DNA from: Gammaproteobacteria bacterium
Lineage (GTDB): Bacteria > Pseudomonadota > Gammaproteobacteria > Pseudomonadales > Azotimanducaceae
Reading direction: 5' to 3'
DNA length: 64,000 bases
NCBI GenBank assembly: GCA_003248125.1
Contig: QJXZ01000089.1
Location: 3,995 to 67,994, forward strand
In this document: piece by piece, positions 18,281 through 27,420 of the stretch
How positions within the stretch are numbered: position 1 is the first letter of the stretch
How the letters are laid out: the number at the start of each line of letters is the position of its first letter
The notes under the pieces: generated by a model
Databases searched by the model: none
What the model was told of the DNA's origin: nothing
The model's input: the letters and a program-made list of their open reading frames with translations, nothing else
Made by a program: the position numbers and the translations under genes

Positions 18281-19358
18281 CCGCGGTTTCAACGTGTTCT
18301 CGCTGTCGTTCCTCGACATCATGTCGTGCGGATTCGGCGCAGTAGTGCTCATCTATTTGATTATCAATCACGCCACGGAGGTCGAGTTTCGTACTCAACA
18401 GGAGGATCTGTACGCGGAAATCCGCAAGCTCGATTATGAAGTCGATGTCGGTGAGACGAATTTGGCGGACGTCAGGCAGTCGTTGAGCTCAGTCGAGCGG
18501 CGGCTGGACGAAGCGCGACGCCGCCGGGTCGCGTTGACCGTGAGTGTCGAAGACCGACGCAAAGAACTCACGCGCCTGCAAGCCGACACCCTTGCCAAGG
18601 TGGAGCACCTCAATCAGCTGAAGAGCGACGTGGAGTCACGCACCGAAGACGTCGAACGCATGAAGGCTTCGACGGCCGACGATACCGGCGAGCGGGCACG
18701 AACGTTCGTCGGCGAAGGAGACCGCCAGTATCTGACGGGTCTCAAGGTCGGTGGCGACCGCATCTTCATCGCCGTCGACACATCCGCGAGCATGCTGGAC
18801 GAGACCATCGTCAACGTGCTGCGCCGACGCAACATGGACGACTCGCGCAAGCTCGCGGCACCGAAATGGCGGCGTGCGGTGGCGACCGTCGAGTGGGTGG
18901 TTGCACAACTACCGCTCGAGGGTCAGTTCCAGTTGTACGGCTTTGCGGAACAGGCGGCACCCATCGTGTCGGGTACCGAGGGCCAATGGCTCGACGTGAC
19001 ATCGCGCACCGATCTCGACCGCGCCATCGACGGCCTGAAACAGATCGTGCCGACCAAAGGCACCAGCCTCAAGGCCGTGGTCGACGCCATCGAGAGCATG
19101 CGCCCGGCACCCGACAACATCATACTCATCGTCGATGGACTGCCGACGATTGGCGACCGCGCAGCCCGTTCAGCAATGGTGTCGGGGCGCGATCGCCTGC
19201 GCTTGTTCAACGATGCCGCTGACGATCTGCCGCTCAACATCCCGGTCAATGTCATTTTGTTCCCGATGGAAGGCGATCCTTATGCGGCCGGTTCCTACTG
19301 GGGCCTGGCACACGTAACGAAGGGCTCGTTCTTGTCGCCATCGAAGGACTGGCCATGA
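18270..19358 (+). CDS. single-pass TM / coiled-coil / vWA (MIDAS) protein, paralog 1
   Basis: N-terminal TM FSLSFLDIMSCGFGAVVLIYLI with an embedded Asp. About 130 aa of heptad-like charged sequence. vWA domain with MIDAS DTSAS, later KGTS and IVDGLPT. Confidence 0.82.
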   Translation: MARSRGFNVFSLSFLDIMSCGFGAVVLIYLIINHATEVEFRTQQEDLYAEIRKLDYEVDVGETNLADVRQSLSSVERRLDEARRRRVALTVSVEDRRKELTRLQADTLAKVEHLNQLKSDVESRTEDVERMKASTADDTGERARTFVGEGDRQYLTGLKVGGDRIFIAVDTSASMLDETIVNVLRRRNMDDSRKLAAPKWRRAVATVEWVVAQLPLEGQFQLYGFAEQAAPIVSGTEGQWLDVTSRTDLDRAIDGLKQIVPTKGTSLKAVVDAIESMRPAPDNIILIVDGLPTIGDRAARSAMVSGRDRLRLFNDAADDLPLNIPVNVILFPMEGDPYAAGSYWGLAHVTKGSFLSPSKDWP

Positions 19359-20353
19359 CCACGCGCAGGCGCCGACCCATAGAAGAGATCTCGATGTCGT
19401 TTCTCGACGTCATCTGCTGTGGCTTCGGGGCCGTCATCCTCCTGCTCATGATCACCAAGACTGCCGAGCCGCTGATCCTCGAGAAGACCAGCGTTCGGCT
19501 CAATGGCTTCGTCGCGCAACGGCAAGATTCGGTCCACGATATCCGTGGCCAGACCACCACGCTCACGCGCGAGCTGACGGACAAGCAGCGCGAGCTCGAC
19601 CAAGAGCTCGACACCATTGCCCGTCTCAACAGCCAATTGACGACGATCCTTGCGCAATACGACACCACGCGTAGCCAGTCTGAAGATCAGGTGACTCTGG
19701 AGACGAAACTCGCGTCCGCCAAGCAGAGTCTCACCGACGAGATGGAGCGATTACTCGGTACCGGCTTCGTACGGCAAGACAGCACGATCGGTGGGATTCC
19801 GGTCGACAGCGAGTACATCATCTTCGTGATCGACACCTCGGGCAGCATGTTCAATTTCGCCTGGGGCTTGGTGATGAAGAAGCTGTCCGAGACGTTGGCG
19901 ATCTATCCCACCGTCAAGGGCATTCAAGTGATGGACGATCAAGGCGGCTATATGTTCCCCCGCTACGCGGGTCGCTGGATTCCAGATTCACCTGCCCGTC
20001 GCCGCGCCATCATGGAGCGCATGCGCACCTGGAACCCGTTCTCGAACTCGAGTCCGGTAGAAGGCATCGAGCAGGCCGTGCGTACGTTCTACGACCCCGA
20101 CAAGCGTGTCAGCATCTATGTGTTCGGTGACGATTTCACGGGCAACAGCATCGAGGAAGTAGTCGATACTGTAGATCGCATCAATCGCGCCGATGATACC
20201 GGCCACCGTCGCATGCGCATCCACGCGGTCGGATTTCCGGTACTCGCGTCGGTGGCCGAGCGGCGCGCCTCGTTCCATCGGTTCGCGGCGTTGATGCGCG
20301 AACTCACGTATCGCAACGATGGTACGTTCGTCGGCCTACCGGAGTTCCGATGA
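19355..20353 (+). CDS. single-pass TM / coiled-coil / vWA (MIDAS) protein, paralog 2
   Basis: ATGA overlap with paralog 1. N-terminal TM ISMSFLDVICCGFGAVILLLMI, then a coiled-coil-like stretch. vWA domain with IIFVIDTSGSMFN and YVFGDDFTGN. Confidence 0.82.
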   Translation: MTTRRRRPIEEISMSFLDVICCGFGAVILLLMITKTAEPLILEKTSVRLNGFVAQRQDSVHDIRGQTTTLTRELTDKQRELDQELDTIARLNSQLTTILAQYDTTRSQSEDQVTLETKLASAKQSLTDEMERLLGTGFVRQDSTIGGIPVDSEYIIFVIDTSGSMFNFAWGLVMKKLSETLAIYPTVKGIQVMDDQGGYMFPRYAGRWIPDSPARRRAIMERMRTWNPFSNSSPVEGIEQAVRTFYDPDKRVSIYVFGDDFTGNSIEEVVDTVDRINRADDTGHRRMRIHAVGFPVLASVAERRASFHRFAALMRELTYRNDGTFVGLPEFR

Positions 20354-21030
20354 TCAATGCGAAGTGGAGGTATAGGGCAGTGAACATCGCGACGCGATAC
20401 CGTCGTAAGACACTGTTGATCGGCGTATGCAGCGCAATGGTCGGCTGCGGCGGCGGTGCCGCGGTGCAAGTGGAAGGAGATTTTCCGAAGCCGCTGATCG
20501 TCGCCTCGCCCGTGCACGTCGGACTGGTGCTCGACGATGCGCTCATCACCTACGTGCACACCGAAACCATCGAGAAGGCCGGGGAGTGGTCGGTCGACGT
20601 AGGCCCGATGCAGCCAAAGCTGTTCCGCAGCGTATTCGGCGCCATGTTCACCGATGTCACCGAAGTAGCAACGATCGCCGATGGTGCCGGCCTCGCAGGC
20701 GTGCTCGTACCGCGCATCGACAAGTTCCAAATTGCGGTGCCGGCACAGACCCGAAACGATTTCTACGAGGTCTGGATCCGATATGTGATTGCCCTCTACG
20801 ACGCCGGCGGCAGCCCCATTGTCGAATGGCCGCTGACGGCGTACGGTAAGACCAGCAAAGAGGAGTTCGGTCCGCTCGAGAGCGCCGACGAACCCGGCAT
20901 GAGGGCCGCGACCATGACCGCGATGCGCGATGCGGGTGCCTTCTTGGCATTGCGCTTTCCGACACTTCCCGAAGTACAGCGTTGGCTGCGCGCACACGCG
21001 AGTCCGGATGCGGAGGGCATGAGTCCATGA
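20350..21030 (+). CDS. lipoprotein, unknown function
   Basis: ATGA overlap with the upstream gene. Basic N-terminus then lipobox-like LLIGVCSAMVGCGGG. Confidence 0.65.
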   Translation: MINAKWRYRAVNIATRYRRKTLLIGVCSAMVGCGGGAAVQVEGDFPKPLIVASPVHVGLVLDDALITYVHTETIEKAGEWSVDVGPMQPKLFRSVFGAMFTDVTEVATIADGAGLAGVLVPRIDKFQIAVPAQTRNDFYEVWIRYVIALYDAGGSPIVEWPLTAYGKTSKEEFGPLESADEPGMRAATMTAMRDAGAFLALRFPTLPEVQRWLRAHASPDAEGMSP

Positions 21031-21680
21031 GAGTTGCGATCTTCGCCCTCGTCACGGCCGGCCTCACCAGCGGCTGCGTCACGACCACCATTCAAGAGAT
21101 GCGGGAAGCCGATACCGGCATCGAAGACGGCGAATCGGTCGTGGTGCTCGGTCGGCACCACAAGGGCGGCCAAGACATCGAGAGCGGCTTCGTGGATTGC
21201 GTGTCCAACAATCTCAACGGTGGACGCAACAAACTCGGCGTCATCCGTGAGGACGAGTTCGTCGATGCCATGTTCCCGTGGTTCGAACCACGCACTGCGC
21301 CGCTCACCACCACCGACCTACCCGAGATCATTGGCCACCCGATGCTGTCCGAGCGATTGGGCGAGATTGGTGTGCGCTATGTCGTGTGGGTGGAAGGCGC
21401 AACGCACCGTACCGATCAGGGCGGGTCACTCGCCTGCAGCGCGGGCCCGACCGGAGCCGCGTGCTTCGGCTTCTTGAGTTGGGAGGACGACTCTTCCTAC
21501 GAAGCCGCAGTTTGGGACATCAAGCAGGGTGCACAGGTCGGCCGCGTGAGTTCAGATGCCGTGGGTACCAGCTTCATGCCTGCGGTGATCGTCCCTGTAC
21601 CGTTCATCGCCCGAGTCCAGAACACGGCTTGCAGCACGCTGGCAGATCAGTTAAAGCGTTTTATCACAAACGACTCCTAA
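21027..21680 (+). CDS. lipoprotein, unknown function
   Basis: ATGA overlap with the upstream gene. MRVAIFALVTAGLTSGCVTTT. Last gene of the same-strand run. Confidence 0.65.
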   Translation: MRVAIFALVTAGLTSGCVTTTIQEMREADTGIEDGESVVVLGRHHKGGQDIESGFVDCVSNNLNGGRNKLGVIREDEFVDAMFPWFEPRTAPLTTTDLPEIIGHPMLSERLGEIGVRYVVWVEGATHRTDQGGSLACSAGPTGAACFGFLSWEDDSSYEAAVWDIKQGAQVGRVSSDAVGTSFMPAVIVPVPFIARVQNTACSTLADQLKRFITNDS

Positions 21681-21698
21681 CTCACTGAAATAAAACGA

Positions 21699-22328
21699 CT
21701 ATTTTGGGCGAATCTCGAGAATCTCTCCGCTCGCTCGATTGGGTTCCACGGCATACCATTCGAGCAATTCCACGTGGTACTTGGCGCGGCACTTGTCGGC
21801 CAAATCGTAGAACGTCGGCCGTCCCGGGTCGGCAATGATTACCCGCTTCACGCCCGCGCGCATGGCACGCTGAATGAGGTTGTAGAGTGGTTTGACGAGC
21901 TTCGTCCAGAAGCATATGTCGGACCCGATCAGCACGCGCTCTTTGGCGAGCCGCGCGGTGGAGAGATCCTCGAAGCGCGACACCAACGGCTCGATGCTGA
22001 CATCGTTCAGCGCGGCAATGACGTTCAAGAATGGGAACACGTCTTTGTCGATGTCCACACCTGTCACCTTGGCATCGAAGCGCCGTGCGCAAAACACCGA
22101 TGCCGGCCCCCACCCGCAGCCAATCTCCATGACGCGGGTGCCGCGTCGGATCGGGTGCTCGAGCAAGTAGTCCATCAGAAGGAAACTCGATTCCCATGTC
22201 TTGTGGCCATGCACCGACGGCTCGTAGATACGGCGCAACTGCCGCATCAGCCGGTGCTGGGATTGCAACAAGTAGACGCCGTAGGCCGCATAGATATGGG
22301 GCTCCGGCATGCGCTCGACCCGAGGCAT
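21699..22328 (-). CDS. class I SAM-dependent methyltransferase (Methyltransf_16/lysine-MT-like)
   Basis: 209 aa. SAM motif I VMEIGCGWGPASVFCA, then KVTGVDID. Convergent with the upstream operon. Confidence 0.8.
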   Translation of the reverse strand: MPRVERMPEPHIYAAYGVYLLQSQHRLMRQLRRIYEPSVHGHKTWESSFLLMDYLLEHPIRRGTRVMEIGCGWGPASVFCARRFDAKVTGVDIDKDVFPFLNVIAALNDVSIEPLVSRFEDLSTARLAKERVLIGSDICFWTKLVKPLYNLIQRAMRAGVKRVIIADPGRPTFYDLADKCRAKYHVELLEWYAVEPNRASGEILEIRPK

Positions 22329-22389
22329 GGCGACTCGCTCGCGAAAAGCGCGCGATGGTAGCCGCGCGCCTGCGCCGCGGCAAATAACC

Positions 22390-22402
22390 GAGTAAAATAC
22401 TC
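22390..22402. promoter_or_regulatory. AT-rich palindrome GAGTA-AAA-TACTC upstream of sufB (candidate operator)
   Basis: Perfect 5-bp arms read directly from the sequence, inside the only AT-rich patch (aaataaccgagtaaaatactctggaatta) of the 102-bp methyltransferase/sufB intergenic region. Confidence 0.25.
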
Positions 22403-22430
22403 TGGAATTAGCTGAAAGCCGGACGGTACA

Positions 22431-23921
22431 ATGCCGGGCCGTTTTCCCTTAGCCCCAGATCGAGCCGACGTGGCCGACAATCGAACCGACGACATCGACC
22501 GCTTGATCGAGCGTCCGTATCGCGCGGGCTTCGTGACCGACATCGACTCGGATACGTTGCCGCCGGGCCTCGACGAGGACGTCATTCGTGCCATTTCGAT
22601 GCGCAAAGGCGAACCCGATTGGCTGCTCGATTGGCGCCTCGGCGCCTATCGCCACTGGCGAGCGATGCCCCAACCGGCATGGGCGCACCTAGAGTTTCCG
22701 GCAATCGACTTCGATGCCATTTCCTATTATTCGGCGCCGCGATCACAAGCCAACCGACCGAAATCGCTGGCAGAGGTCGACCCGCAACTGCTCGCCACCT
22801 ACGAGAAGCTCGGCATCCCACTGCACGAGCGCGCCGCGCTTGCCGGCGTCGCCGTCGACGCAGTATTCGATAGCGTTTCCATCACCACCACGTTCAAAGA
22901 CAAGTTGGCCGATGCAGGAGTGGTGTTTTGCTCGTTCTCCGAGGCCGTCGCGGCGTATCCGGAACTGGTGCGGCGCTATCTCGGTACGGTGGTGCCGCCG
23001 CGCGACAATTTCTACGCCACGCTCAACTCCGCGGTTTTCAGTGATGGGTCGTTCGTGTATGTACCGGCCGGCGTACGTTGTCCGATGGAGCTGTCGACGT
23101 ACTTCCGCATCAACGCCCGCAACACGGGCCAATTCGAGCGGACGCTGATCGTCGCTGAGCCGGGCGCCTACGTCAGCTACCTCGAAGGATGCACGGCACC
23201 ACAGCGCGACGAGCACCAGCTGCATGCCGCAGTGGTGGAATTGGTCGCGCTGGATGATGCCGAAATCAAATACTCGACCGTGCAGAACTGGTATCCCGGT
23301 GACGCCGAGGGTCGTGGTGGCATCTATAACTTCGTCACCAAACGCGGAGCGTGCATCGGCAGGCGCTCGAAGATCTCATGGACGCAGGTGGAAACCGGCT
23401 CGGCGATCACTTGGAAGTACCCGAGCGTGGTGCTGCGCGGCGACGACAGCATCGGCGAGTTTCATTCCGTAGCGCTGACCAACAACCGTCAACAAGCCGA
23501 CACCGGCACCAAGATGATCCATCTCGGACGCAACACGAAGAGCACGATCGTCTCGAAGGGCATCAGCGCCGGTCGCAGTCAGAACAGCTACCGAGGGCTG
23601 GTGCGCATCGCCCCGACGGCGCGAGGTGCGCGCAACCACACCCAATGCGATTCGTTGCTGATCGGCGACGCCTGCGGCGCGCATACGTTTCCGTACATCG
23701 AATCGAGTCAGCCCTCTGCGGTCGTAGAGCACGAAGCAACCACGTCGAAGGTCAGCGACGATCAGCTGTTCTTGTGCCGTAGCCGCGGTATCGATCCCGA
23801 GAAGGCGGTCAGCATGATCGTCAACGGTTTTTGCAAGGAGGTGTTCCGCGAGCTACCGATGGAGTTCGCAGTCGAAGCCGGCAAGCTTCTCGAGGTCAGC
23901 TTGGAAGGTGCCGTCGGATGA
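22431..23921 (+). CDS. sufB: Fe-S cluster assembly protein SufB
   Basis: 496 aa. [39 protein letters not shown] and [22 protein letters not shown] are typical of SufB. GTG at 22470 is an alternative start. Confidence 0.95.
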   Translation: MPGRFPLAPDRADVADNRTDDIDRLIERPYRAGFVTDIDSDTLPPGLDEDVIRAISMRKGEPDWLLDWRLGAYRHWRAMPQPAWAHLEFPAIDFDAISYYSAPRSQANRPKSLAEVDPQLLATYEKLGIPLHERAALAGVAVDAVFDSVSITTTFKDKLADAGVVFCSFSEAVAAYPELVRRYLGTVVPPRDNFYATLNSAVFSDGSFVYVPAGVRCPMELSTYFRINARNTGQFERTLIVAEPGAYVSYLEGCTAPQRDEHQLHAAVVELVALDDAEIKYSTVQNWYPGDAEGRGGIYNFVTKRGACIGRRSKISWTQVETGSAITWKYPSVVLRGDDSIGEFHSVALTNNRQQADTGTKMIHLGRNTKSTIVSKGISAGRSQNSYRGLVRIAPTARGARNHTQCDSLLIGDACGAHTFPYIESSQPSAVVEHEATTSKVSDDQLFLCRSRGIDPEKAVSMIVNGFCKEVFRELPMEFAVEAGKLLEVSLEGAVG

Positions 23922-24679
23922 CGTCGCGACCATTGCTCGAAATCGTCGACTTGCACGTCACGGTCGCTGGCAAGCCGATCGTGAACGGATTGAGTCTCAC
24001 GATAGGCATCGGCGAAGTGCACGCACTCATGGGTCCGAACGGCTCCGGGAAGAGCACGCTCACCAACGTTCTGGCCGGGCGCGAAGGATACGAGGTCGTG
24101 GCGGGTAGCGCGCGCCTTGACGGCAGGGATCTGTTACCGCTCAGCCCGGAAGCGCGCGCTCATCTCGGTTTGTTTCTCGCCTTTCAATATCCCATCGAGA
24201 TACCCGGTGTATCCAACATGGAGTTTCTGAAGGCGGCGCTCGATGCGCGCCAGCAGTCGCTCGGTAGCGAGCCGCTGTCGACGATCGACTTCATGAAGCG
24301 CGTGCGTGGCATTGCGACCGAGCTGGACCTCAGTGCCGAGTTCTTGAAGCGCGGCGTGAACGAAGGTTTCTCCGGCGGCGAGAAGAAGCGCAACGAGATT
24401 CTGCAGATGTTGATGCTCGAACCACGCATGGCGCTGCTCGACGAGACCGACTCCGGCCTCGACATCGACGCGCTGAAGGTCGTGGCAGCCGGAGTGAACC
24501 GTTACCGCCGCGAAGACCGCGGAATTTTGCTGGTCACGCACTACCAACGTCTACTTGACCACATCGTTCCGGATTTCGTGCACGTGCTCGCCGGCGGACG
24601 CATCGTACGTTCCGGCGACGCCAGCCTCGCCCGCGAACTCGAAGCGCGAGGCTACGGCTGGCTGACTGACGCCGCTTGA
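23918..24679 (+). CDS. sufC: Fe-S cluster assembly ATPase SufC
   Basis: ATGA overlap with sufB. Walker [14 protein letters not shown] signature FSGGEKKR, Walker [13 protein letters not shown]. Confidence 0.95.
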   Translation: MTSRPLLEIVDLHVTVAGKPIVNGLSLTIGIGEVHALMGPNGSGKSTLTNVLAGREGYEVVAGSARLDGRDLLPLSPEARAHLGLFLAFQYPIEIPGVSNMEFLKAALDARQQSLGSEPLSTIDFMKRVRGIATELDLSAEFLKRGVNEGFSGGEKKRNEILQMLMLEPRMALLDETDSGLDIDALKVVAAGVNRYRREDRGILLVTHYQRLLDHIVPDFVHVLAGGRIVRSGDASLARELEARGYGWLTDAA

Positions 24680-25812
24680 CCATGGCTACCGGCCAAGACT
24701 TCCTCGCCAGACTGCTCCAGCAGGCCACGTCGGCGGAGTCGACCCGCGTGCGTGTGCGTGCCGCCAACATCGAATCGCTGCGCGACAACGGCTTGCCGCT
24801 CGAAGAACGCTTGGAGTCCTTCAAATACACGCCCCTTGCGCGTTTCGTTGTCGACGATTTACTAGAGGAGCGCTTTAGCCCGCCGACAATCACGGTGGCA
24901 AACGCTGCGCCCCCGCCCGAAATCACGGTCGAGCACAGCATCGACCCGCTGCCCGCCGACCATCATCCGCTGGCGCGCATCAACGGCAGCCTGCTCGCCG
25001 GTGTGGTGTACGTCGACGTCGCACCCAACACGCATCTCGACTACCCCATTGAGATCGACTATCGACAGGCCGGGCCGTGCACACGCGTGTGCGTTCGTGC
25101 CGGCGATGCCAGCCGGTGCGAAATCGTCGAACGGCACGTCGCTGCCGGCGTCGCCAATCGTGTCACGCGAGTCGACATCGGCTCCGGAGCGACCGTCGCG
25201 CATCGTCGCATCGAGCTGCATGCGGCGGCGCATTCGCAGTGGGCATTGCTCGCCGTCGACGTCGGAGCGGCTTCACACTATGAACTCGATCACTACATGG
25301 CGGCGGCTGCGCCGCGTCGGTCGGAAGTAGTCATCGACCTCACCGGTTGCGGCGCAAGCTGCGAGCTGACCGGTGCCGTCATCGGCAACGAAAAGCAGAT
25401 CGGCGATCTGCAAGTGCAGGTCAATCATCGCGCCACCGATACGCGAAGCCGTCAACTGGTGCATGCGATTGCCGCGGGGCAGTCGGTGCTCACCTTCAAC
25501 GGCCGCATCGAGATCGATGCACGTGGCGATGGCAGTGATGCGACACTTACGAGCCGCAACCTGTTGCTCGCACCAACTGCGCGAGTGAACGCCAAGCCGG
25601 AGCTCGAGATCCACACTCGTAACGTTGCATGCAGCCACGGGGCCACGGTCGGACAGCTCGACCCACAACAGCTCTTCTACCTGCGCAGCCGCGGTATCGA
25701 CGACCTCACCGCGCGCCGCCTGTTGACGCGCGCATTTCTGCTCCGTGCCATCACGCCGCGGGCGCAGGCGCTCGGCTTCGAGGCCGAGCTGATCGCCCAT
25801 CTCGCGCCATGA
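24676..25812 (+). CDS. sufD: Fe-S cluster assembly protein SufD
   Basis: 378 aa between sufC and sufS. C-terminal CSHGATVGQLDPQQLFYLRSRGI is the SufB/D family motif. Confidence 0.9.
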   Translation: MTMATGQDFLARLLQQATSAESTRVRVRAANIESLRDNGLPLEERLESFKYTPLARFVVDDLLEERFSPPTITVANAAPPPEITVEHSIDPLPADHHPLARINGSLLAGVVYVDVAPNTHLDYPIEIDYRQAGPCTRVCVRAGDASRCEIVERHVAAGVANRVTRVDIGSGATVAHRRIELHAAAHSQWALLAVDVGAASHYELDHYMAAAAPRRSEVVIDLTGCGASCELTGAVIGNEKQIGDLQVQVNHRATDTRSRQLVHAIAAGQSVLTFNGRIEIDARGDGSDATLTSRNLLLAPTARVNAKPELEIHTRNVACSHGATVGQLDPQQLFYLRSRGIDDLTARRLLTRAFLLRAITPRAQALGFEAELIAHLAP

Positions 25813-27035
25813 GTCATGCCACCAACATTACCGCGCTTCGAAGCGACTTCCCGATCCTAGCCGAGCGCGTAAACGGCCAGCCGCTGACATATCTCGACAG
25901 CGCCGCCACCACACAGAAGCCGGCGGCCGTGATCGCGGCGATCGCCGACTACTATCGGCACGACAACGCCAATGTGCACCGCGCCGCACACGCGCTTGCC
26001 GACCGCGCGACAGCGGCGTTCGAAGAAGCACGCCGCAAGGTGCAGAAGTTGCTCGGTGCCCAGCGCGCCCACGAGATCATCTTCACCCGTGGCACCACCG
26101 AATCCATCAATCTCGTCGCGCAGAGCCATGGGGGTCACCGACTGCGCGCCGGCGACGAGATTCTCGTAACCGAACTCGAACACCACTCGAACATAGTGCC
26201 CTGGCAGCTAGTAGCGGCACGGAAAGGCGCGAAAGTGTTGGCTGTTCGCGTTACGGCGAATGGCGAAATCGATCTCGACGATCTCGATTCGAAAATCGGC
26301 GAGCGCACACGCATCGTCGCCGTCGGACACGCATCCAACGCACTCGGTACCATCAATCCGGTCGATGAGATCGTTCGGCGCGCGCACGACGCCGGCGCCG
26401 TAGTATTGATCGATGGTGCGCAGGCAACCGCGCACCTCGACATCGACGTCGCTGCCTTGGATGTCGATTTCTATGCCATTTCCGGCCACAAGGCCTATGG
26501 GCCAACCGGCATCGGTGCGCTGTATGGCAAGGAGTCGCTCCTCGAGTCGATGCCCCCGTGGCAAGGTGGTGGCGAAATGATCGAGACCGTGACGATCGAG
26601 CACACCACATTCAATCGACTGCCGTTCAAGTTCGAAGCGGGCACACCGCACATTGCCGGCGCTATCGGTTTTGGTGCCGCAATCGACTACCTGGCGGCGA
26701 TCGATGCGCAGGCCCTCGCTAACCACGAAGCAACTCTGCTGCGACTGGTCACAGACCGGCTGGCGCAGACCGAAGGTGTACGTTTGATTGGAACGGCACG
26801 CGACAAGGTATCGATCGTCTCCTTTCTACTCGATGGCCAGCACCCACACGATGTCGCCACCCTACTCGACCAACAGGGCGTTGCCGTTCGCAGCGGACAC
26901 CACTGCGCGATGCCGTTGATGCAAAGACTCGGCATTCCGGGCACCGTGCGTGCTTCGCTTGGTCTCTATAATTCTCCTGCCGATGTCGATCGGCTGGTGC
27001 GTGCGGTCGAGAAGACGCGCGCCCTGCTCACCTGA
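25809..27035 (+). CDS. sufS: cysteine desulfurase, SufS subfamily
   Basis: ATGA overlap with sufD. RSDFPIL, YLDSAATTQKP, PLP-lysine context ISGHKAYGPTGIG, active-site loop RSGHHCAMPL. Confidence 0.95.
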   Translation: MSHATNITALRSDFPILAERVNGQPLTYLDSAATTQKPAAVIAAIADYYRHDNANVHRAAHALADRATAAFEEARRKVQKLLGAQRAHEIIFTRGTTESINLVAQSHGGHRLRAGDEILVTELEHHSNIVPWQLVAARKGAKVLAVRVTANGEIDLDDLDSKIGERTRIVAVGHASNALGTINPVDEIVRRAHDAGAVVLIDGAQATAHLDIDVAALDVDFYAISGHKAYGPTGIGALYGKESLLESMPPWQGGGEMIETVTIEHTTFNRLPFKFEAGTPHIAGAIGFGAAIDYLAAIDAQALANHEATLLRLVTDRLAQTEGVRLIGTARDKVSIVSFLLDGQHPHDVATLLDQQGVAVRSGHHCAMPLMQRLGIPGTVRASLGLYNSPADVDRLVRAVEKTRALLT

Positions 27036-27042
27036 AGAGGAC

Positions 27043-27420
27043 ATGACCATGGCAGTCGTCACCGTCGACCCGAACAACCCCGACATCCATGTCACCGCCG
27101 CTGCGGAAGCGCATCTACGCAAGCAGATGGATCGGGTCGGCGCATCCGCGCTGCGTCTGTCGGTCAACGAAAGTGGTTGCTCTGGATACATGTACGAACT
27201 CGACTACGTCGATCGACCGCTCGCCAATGATGTCGCGAATCGAGTCGGTGACACGCTGACGCTGCACGTTGCGGTCACCGACATCCCACTGCTGCGTGGC
27301 ACCGAGATCGATTGCGTCAAGGAAGGTCTCAATTCGGTACTGAAATTCCGCAATCCGAACGCCGAGGCCGAATGCGGCTGCGGCGAGAGCTTCTCGGTCG
27401 GCAAATCGAAGGCCCACTGA
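27043..27420 (+). CDS. sufA: A-type Fe-S cluster carrier (HesB/IscA/SufA family)
   Basis: 125 aa. CSGYMYEL and the C-terminal CGCGESF cysteine triad. GAAGAGG RBS. Confidence 0.85.
   Translation: MTMAVVTVDPNNPDIHVTAAAEAHLRKQMDRVGASALRLSVNESGCSGYMYELDYVDRPLANDVANRVGDTLTLHVAVTDIPLLRGTEIDCVKEGLNSVLKFRNPNAEAECGCGESFSVGKSKAH

Noticed and set aside
16188-20353. Interpreting the MotA-like gene and its neighbours as Zorya, Ton (ExbBD-TonB), Tol-Pal, a flagellar stator, Agl-Glt gliding or the Bat/MoxR-vWA aerotolerance operon.
   Set aside because: There is no ZorB/MotB-type OmpA domain and no ZorC/D-like nuclease or helicase. There is no ExbD/TolR periplasmic domain, no TonB with a TM anchor and no TolA/TolB/Pal. 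There are no flagellar or Glt genes. There is no MoxR AAA+ or DUF58. Only individual domains are shared.
22385-22410. Naming the AT-rich element upstream of sufB an IscR type-2 or Fur site.
   Set aside because: By my hand alignment, the CC...GG spacing is off by one from the IscR type-2 consensus as I remember it. There is no clear 19-bp Fur box. I kept it only as a low-confidence palindrome.
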